64,000 bases of DNA from contig JASVEC010000029.1 of the NCBI GenBank assembly GCA_030770535.1, forward strand, positions 310,001 to 374,000, written 5' to 3'. The first letter of the stretch is position 1, and the number at the start of each line of letters is the position of its first letter. This document shows, in pieces, positions 61,673 to 64,000 of the stretch. A model generated the notes under the pieces. That model had not been told where the DNA came from, made no database searches, and saw only the letters and a list, made by a program, of their open reading frames with translations. A program made the translations under genes and the position numbers. Source of the DNA: Batkoa obscura (taxonomy: Eukaryota).

Positions 61673-63190
61673 CTAATTATTAATATTCTCTTCAATCCAT
61701 TTCAAAAAATAATATACTCTTGTAAATCCGGATGGAAACTGTTTATCTAAGCATTTAACACTTTCGACAAAGCCCATAATACCAATGATAATATCCCCCA
61801 CCAATAAAGGCCCCCCGGAATCCCCTTGACAACCAGAAATTTTTCCCTCTTTATAACCAGCACATAATATTTTCTCTTTATTTAAATCTAAGCCATATGC
61901 TTTACTACATAAATCAATATTATAAATTGAAAGTACTGCTTTTTTTAATTTCTTAGATAATAATTCTAAATTATTTGGATCCACTCGACCCCAACCAAGT
62001 AATGTAGCTTCAAGGTTTTGTTTAAATCCTAAATCTTTATTATCTAATTGATAGTATTTTTTTAATAAAATAGGTGAACTTAATTGAATAATACCAATAT
62101 CATATAATGGACTATTTGGTTTATATTGTTCATGATATTTAAATCGGGATACTTCATGAATATCATAGATACCATCGTTGTTAGTGCCCGTTGGTAGTGG
62201 GGTAAGAGAAGTAGCTATTGGGGTTGGAATAGAGCTGAATATGTTACTTACAGACGGATTAGTAATAAAAGTTTGATAGGTAGTAGTAGTAACAGTAGTA
62301 GCAGTAGTTGAAGTTTTCTTAGTTTTATGGTCTTTTTTTGATGCTTCCTTACTTTTTGATGCTTCTTTACTATTAGAAGCTTCTGAGTCTTTATCACCAG
62401 ATCGAGGTTGTTTGGCTTTGCTCGCTTTCTTTTCCTTTTTAGATTCTTCTTCTTCTTTCTTCTTCTTTTTATTCTTCTTCTTGTGATCCTTATTATCGTT
62501 ATCATCGTCATCGTCATCATCCTTATCTTTTTTATGTTTATCATCTTCATCATCTTCATCATCTTTGTTTTTATCCTTCTTCTTTTCATCACCTTTATCT
62601 TTCTTATGCTTATCATCTTCATCGTCATCTTCGTCGTCTTTATTTTTATCCTTCTTCTTTTTATCATATTTATCTTTCTTATGTTTATCATCTTCATCGT
62701 CACCTTCATCGTCATCTTCGTCGTCTTTATTTTTATCCTTCTTCTTTTTATCATCTTTATCTTTCTTATGTTTATCGTCATCATCATCCTTATCCTTTTT
62801 ATGTTTCTTATTGTCTTCCTTATCTTCCTTACCTTCCTTACCTTCCTTATCTTCCTTATCTTCCTTACCTTCCTTATCTTCCTTATCTTCCTTATCTTCC
62901 TTATCTTCCTCTTCCTCATCACGTCTTCTGCCCAATTTATTTTGATGTAAAGAATAAACCTCTAGTTTTCCAGTAATATTAAATATACAATGAGCCGCAG
63001 TAAGAATTATAGATTCACTAATTAAAGTACCACCACAAGTATGACTTCCGTTAACTCTTATTGATACCATAGGGGAATATTCATTCCATTTGGCTTCTTC
63101 TCCGCCTATGATTCGAGTTTCGATTTTTTCTGAATAGAAGATAGGGATGAGAATGGTTGTAAGGGTTAAAAGTAGGACAAATAGGTTCAT
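61673..63190 (-). CDS. Secreted S1A serine protease with a large Lys/Asp/Glu-rich insertion
   Basis: Signal peptide, R-IIGG, HTCGG, LTAAHC, YDIGII and CQGDSGGP. Frame stays open through the insert. Confidence 0.9.
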   Translation of the reverse strand: MNLFVLLLTLTTILIPIFYSEKIETRIIGGEEAKWNEYSPMVSIRVNGSHTCGGTLISESIILTAAHCIFNITGKLEVYSLHQNKLGRRRDEEEEDKEDKEDKEDKEGKEDKEDKEGKEGKEDKEDNKKHKKDKDDDDDKHKKDKDDKKKKDKNKDDEDDDEGDDEDDKHKKDKYDKKKKDKNKDDEDDDEDDKHKKDKGDEKKKDKNKDDEDDEDDKHKKDKDDDDDDDNDNKDHKKKNKKKKKEEEESKKEKKASKAKQPRSGDKDSEASNSKEASKSKEASKKDHKTKKTSTTATTVTTTTYQTFITNPSVSNIFSSIPTPIATSLTPLPTGTNNDGIYDIHEVSRFKYHEQYKPNSPLYDIGIIQLSSPILLKKYYQLDNKDLGFKQNLEATLLGWGRVDPNNLELLSKKLKKAVLSIYNIDLCSKAYGLDLNKEKILCAGYKEGKISGCQGDSGGPLLVGDIIIGIMGFVESVKCLDKQFPSGFTRVYYFLKWIEENINN

Positions 63191-63493
63191 TAGAGCTGGT
63201 TGTGATTGCTAATCAATAGCTGTGTGATTCTAAATTAATTTGTAAAGTTTGAATGAAGAAGCTTTTATATTATTGAGTAAGTTAATGAATAAATTATTAA
63301 TTCAATAGTTCCATTCTTTATTAAGATTACTAAATCTATAATGGATTTTTTGTATTTAGTTGTTTTACTTCTATTATTAAATGAAATTTAATATAGTTTT
63401 AGTTATTACATATAAGTTTGTAAATATTTTTTATTTTATAAACGGATAATTAATAGCTTAATAAAGATAGAAAGGAGAATTCTAAATGTATAT

Positions 63494-63609
63494 GGGGGTG
63501 TCCGAATTGGTTTCATTTTTTTATCCAATTTTTAAATATTTATATTTTAAAAACTTTGCTTAAAATTCTATAAAAATAAATTCTTTATTAAAAGCCAAAA
63601 GTACCCGAC
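63494..63609 (-). mobile_element. Possible divergent relative of the MITE
   Basis: ATAT-gggggtgt...ttggtttcatttttttatccaatttttaa...cttaaaattct...aaaagtacccgac. The right TSD is not preserved. Confidence 0.4.
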
Positions 63610-64000
63610 ACAGTTTTAAATTATTTTGTTATAATTTATATTGTCAATTAGCGGAATTTTTATTAAATTTAATATAAATTCCTGGATTAGTAAAGATTTT
63701 ACTAATATAGCCTGTATAGTGATATTAGTCAAAGTTGTAATATGTAAATAAATATATGCTTTTATATAGCTTTATTAAGAAATATTTATTATTAATTGTT
63801 TTATATTCAACACTACAGATTTGCTATCAAATGAATAAATTATTTTAATGTTATAATTACATTATTAATATATCGCTAAGTTAATAAATAGCTGCATGGG
63901 AGGGAGTGGTTAGCCCCAAAACTATAATTAACCATCCCTATGTAATACAAGCAGTGTATTAATAGTTTTTACTTATTATTACAACTACTTGCTCTTTGAC

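Noticed and set aside
62248..62950. Overlapping ORFs of 224, 180 and 126 aa
   Set aside because: These are alternative-frame shadows of the stop-poor repeat inside the protease gene.
63898..63940. Small hairpin agggagtggtta...taaccatccct
   Set aside because: The stem is only about 11 bp and imperfect, and it occurs once.

Overview
This is a very AT-rich eukaryotic window with short GT-AG introns, probably from an early-diverging fungus (Entomophthorales-like; inference from gene content). Conserved genes include DUF952, DUF726, palmitoyl-protein thioesterase, tyrosine aminotransferase, two hot-dog thioesterases, a POT peptide transporter, kinesin-5, an I78 protease inhibitor, an atypical PAK kinase, ADE13, a LYR/DUF1763-like gene, DUF2433, pirin, two S1 proteases and Bst1/PGAP1. 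These alternate with accessory patches of tandem duplicates and pseudogenes. The best candidate for a novel system is a tandem, intronless cluster (two intact genes, one pseudogene; 36.7-40.5 kb) of secreted proteins carrying all motifs of the phage/bacterial poly-gamma-glutamate hydrolase family (PghP/DUF867), plus a new Cys-rich insert, which suggests horizontal acquisition. Other highlights are a ~98-bp MITE (about 12 copies) with GGG...CCC ends and 4-bp AWWT target duplications, an intact Merlin/IS1595 transposase ORF lacking catalytic residues, a two-CRIB PAK with altered catalytic motifs, and an S1 protease with a ~250-aa charged insert. Family assignments come from motif recognition by eye, not database searches. 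Exon boundaries were read manually.
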